Positions 6,445 to 6,464 of a stretch of 6,464 bases of DNA are shown in pieces. The DNA is from Histomonas meleagridis 2922-C6/04-290x (taxonomy: Eukaryota > Protista > Parabasalia). Positions within the stretch are counted from its first letter, which is position 1. Each line of letters begins with the position of its first letter. Position numbers and translations under genes: made by a program. A model generated the notes under the pieces. That model had not been told where the DNA came from. It ran no database searches and worked only from the letters and a program-made list of their open reading frames with translations. The stretch covers positions 1 to 6,464 of the forward strand of contig JAANOX010000020.1 of the NCBI GenBank assembly GCA_020184695.1. Direction: 5' to 3'.

Positions 6445-6464
6445 GAAAAATCAAAAAAATCTCC

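Larger units (their letters stand above)
1..6464 (-). mobile_element. Non-LTR retrotransposon, RLE class (NeSL/Utopia/HERO/R5-like), apparently full or near full length
   Basis: Domain order on the minus strand is N-terminal C2H2 fingers, RT, CCHC, then PD-(D/E)xK-type nuclease, the architecture of RLE non-LTR elements. No APE endonuclease, integrase or LTRs are seen. All substantial ORFs are co-oriented. Exact element boundaries are uncertain. Confidence 0.95.

Overview
The whole window appears to be one AT-rich eukaryotic non-LTR retrotransposon on the minus strand. It is of the restriction-like endonuclease (RLE) type and resembles the NeSL/Utopia/HERO/R5 assemblage. The 3' two-thirds is an intact ORF (65..4168, with the frame open up to 4450). 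That ORF holds C2H2 zinc fingers, a complete reverse transcriptase (YADD), a CCHC knuckle, an RLE nuclease (RHD, KPD, IEVTIPY, KKDKY) and an acidic tail. The 5' third consists of overlapping reading-frame fragments that join, via up to five frameshifts at or near homopolymer runs, into a possible single protein of about 1,900-2,100 aa. That region carries a further C2H2 finger, a degenerate 54-nt (18-aa) tandem repeat and an unrecognised N-terminal domain. Both ends are GC-richer than the core. The minus strand starts with GGAG and ends AATAAA-CCACACGGGAG, which may be a target-site duplication resembling a tRNA-Gly anticodon arm. The host cannot be identified from the sequence; the standard genetic code and low GC are compatible with an AT-rich protist.
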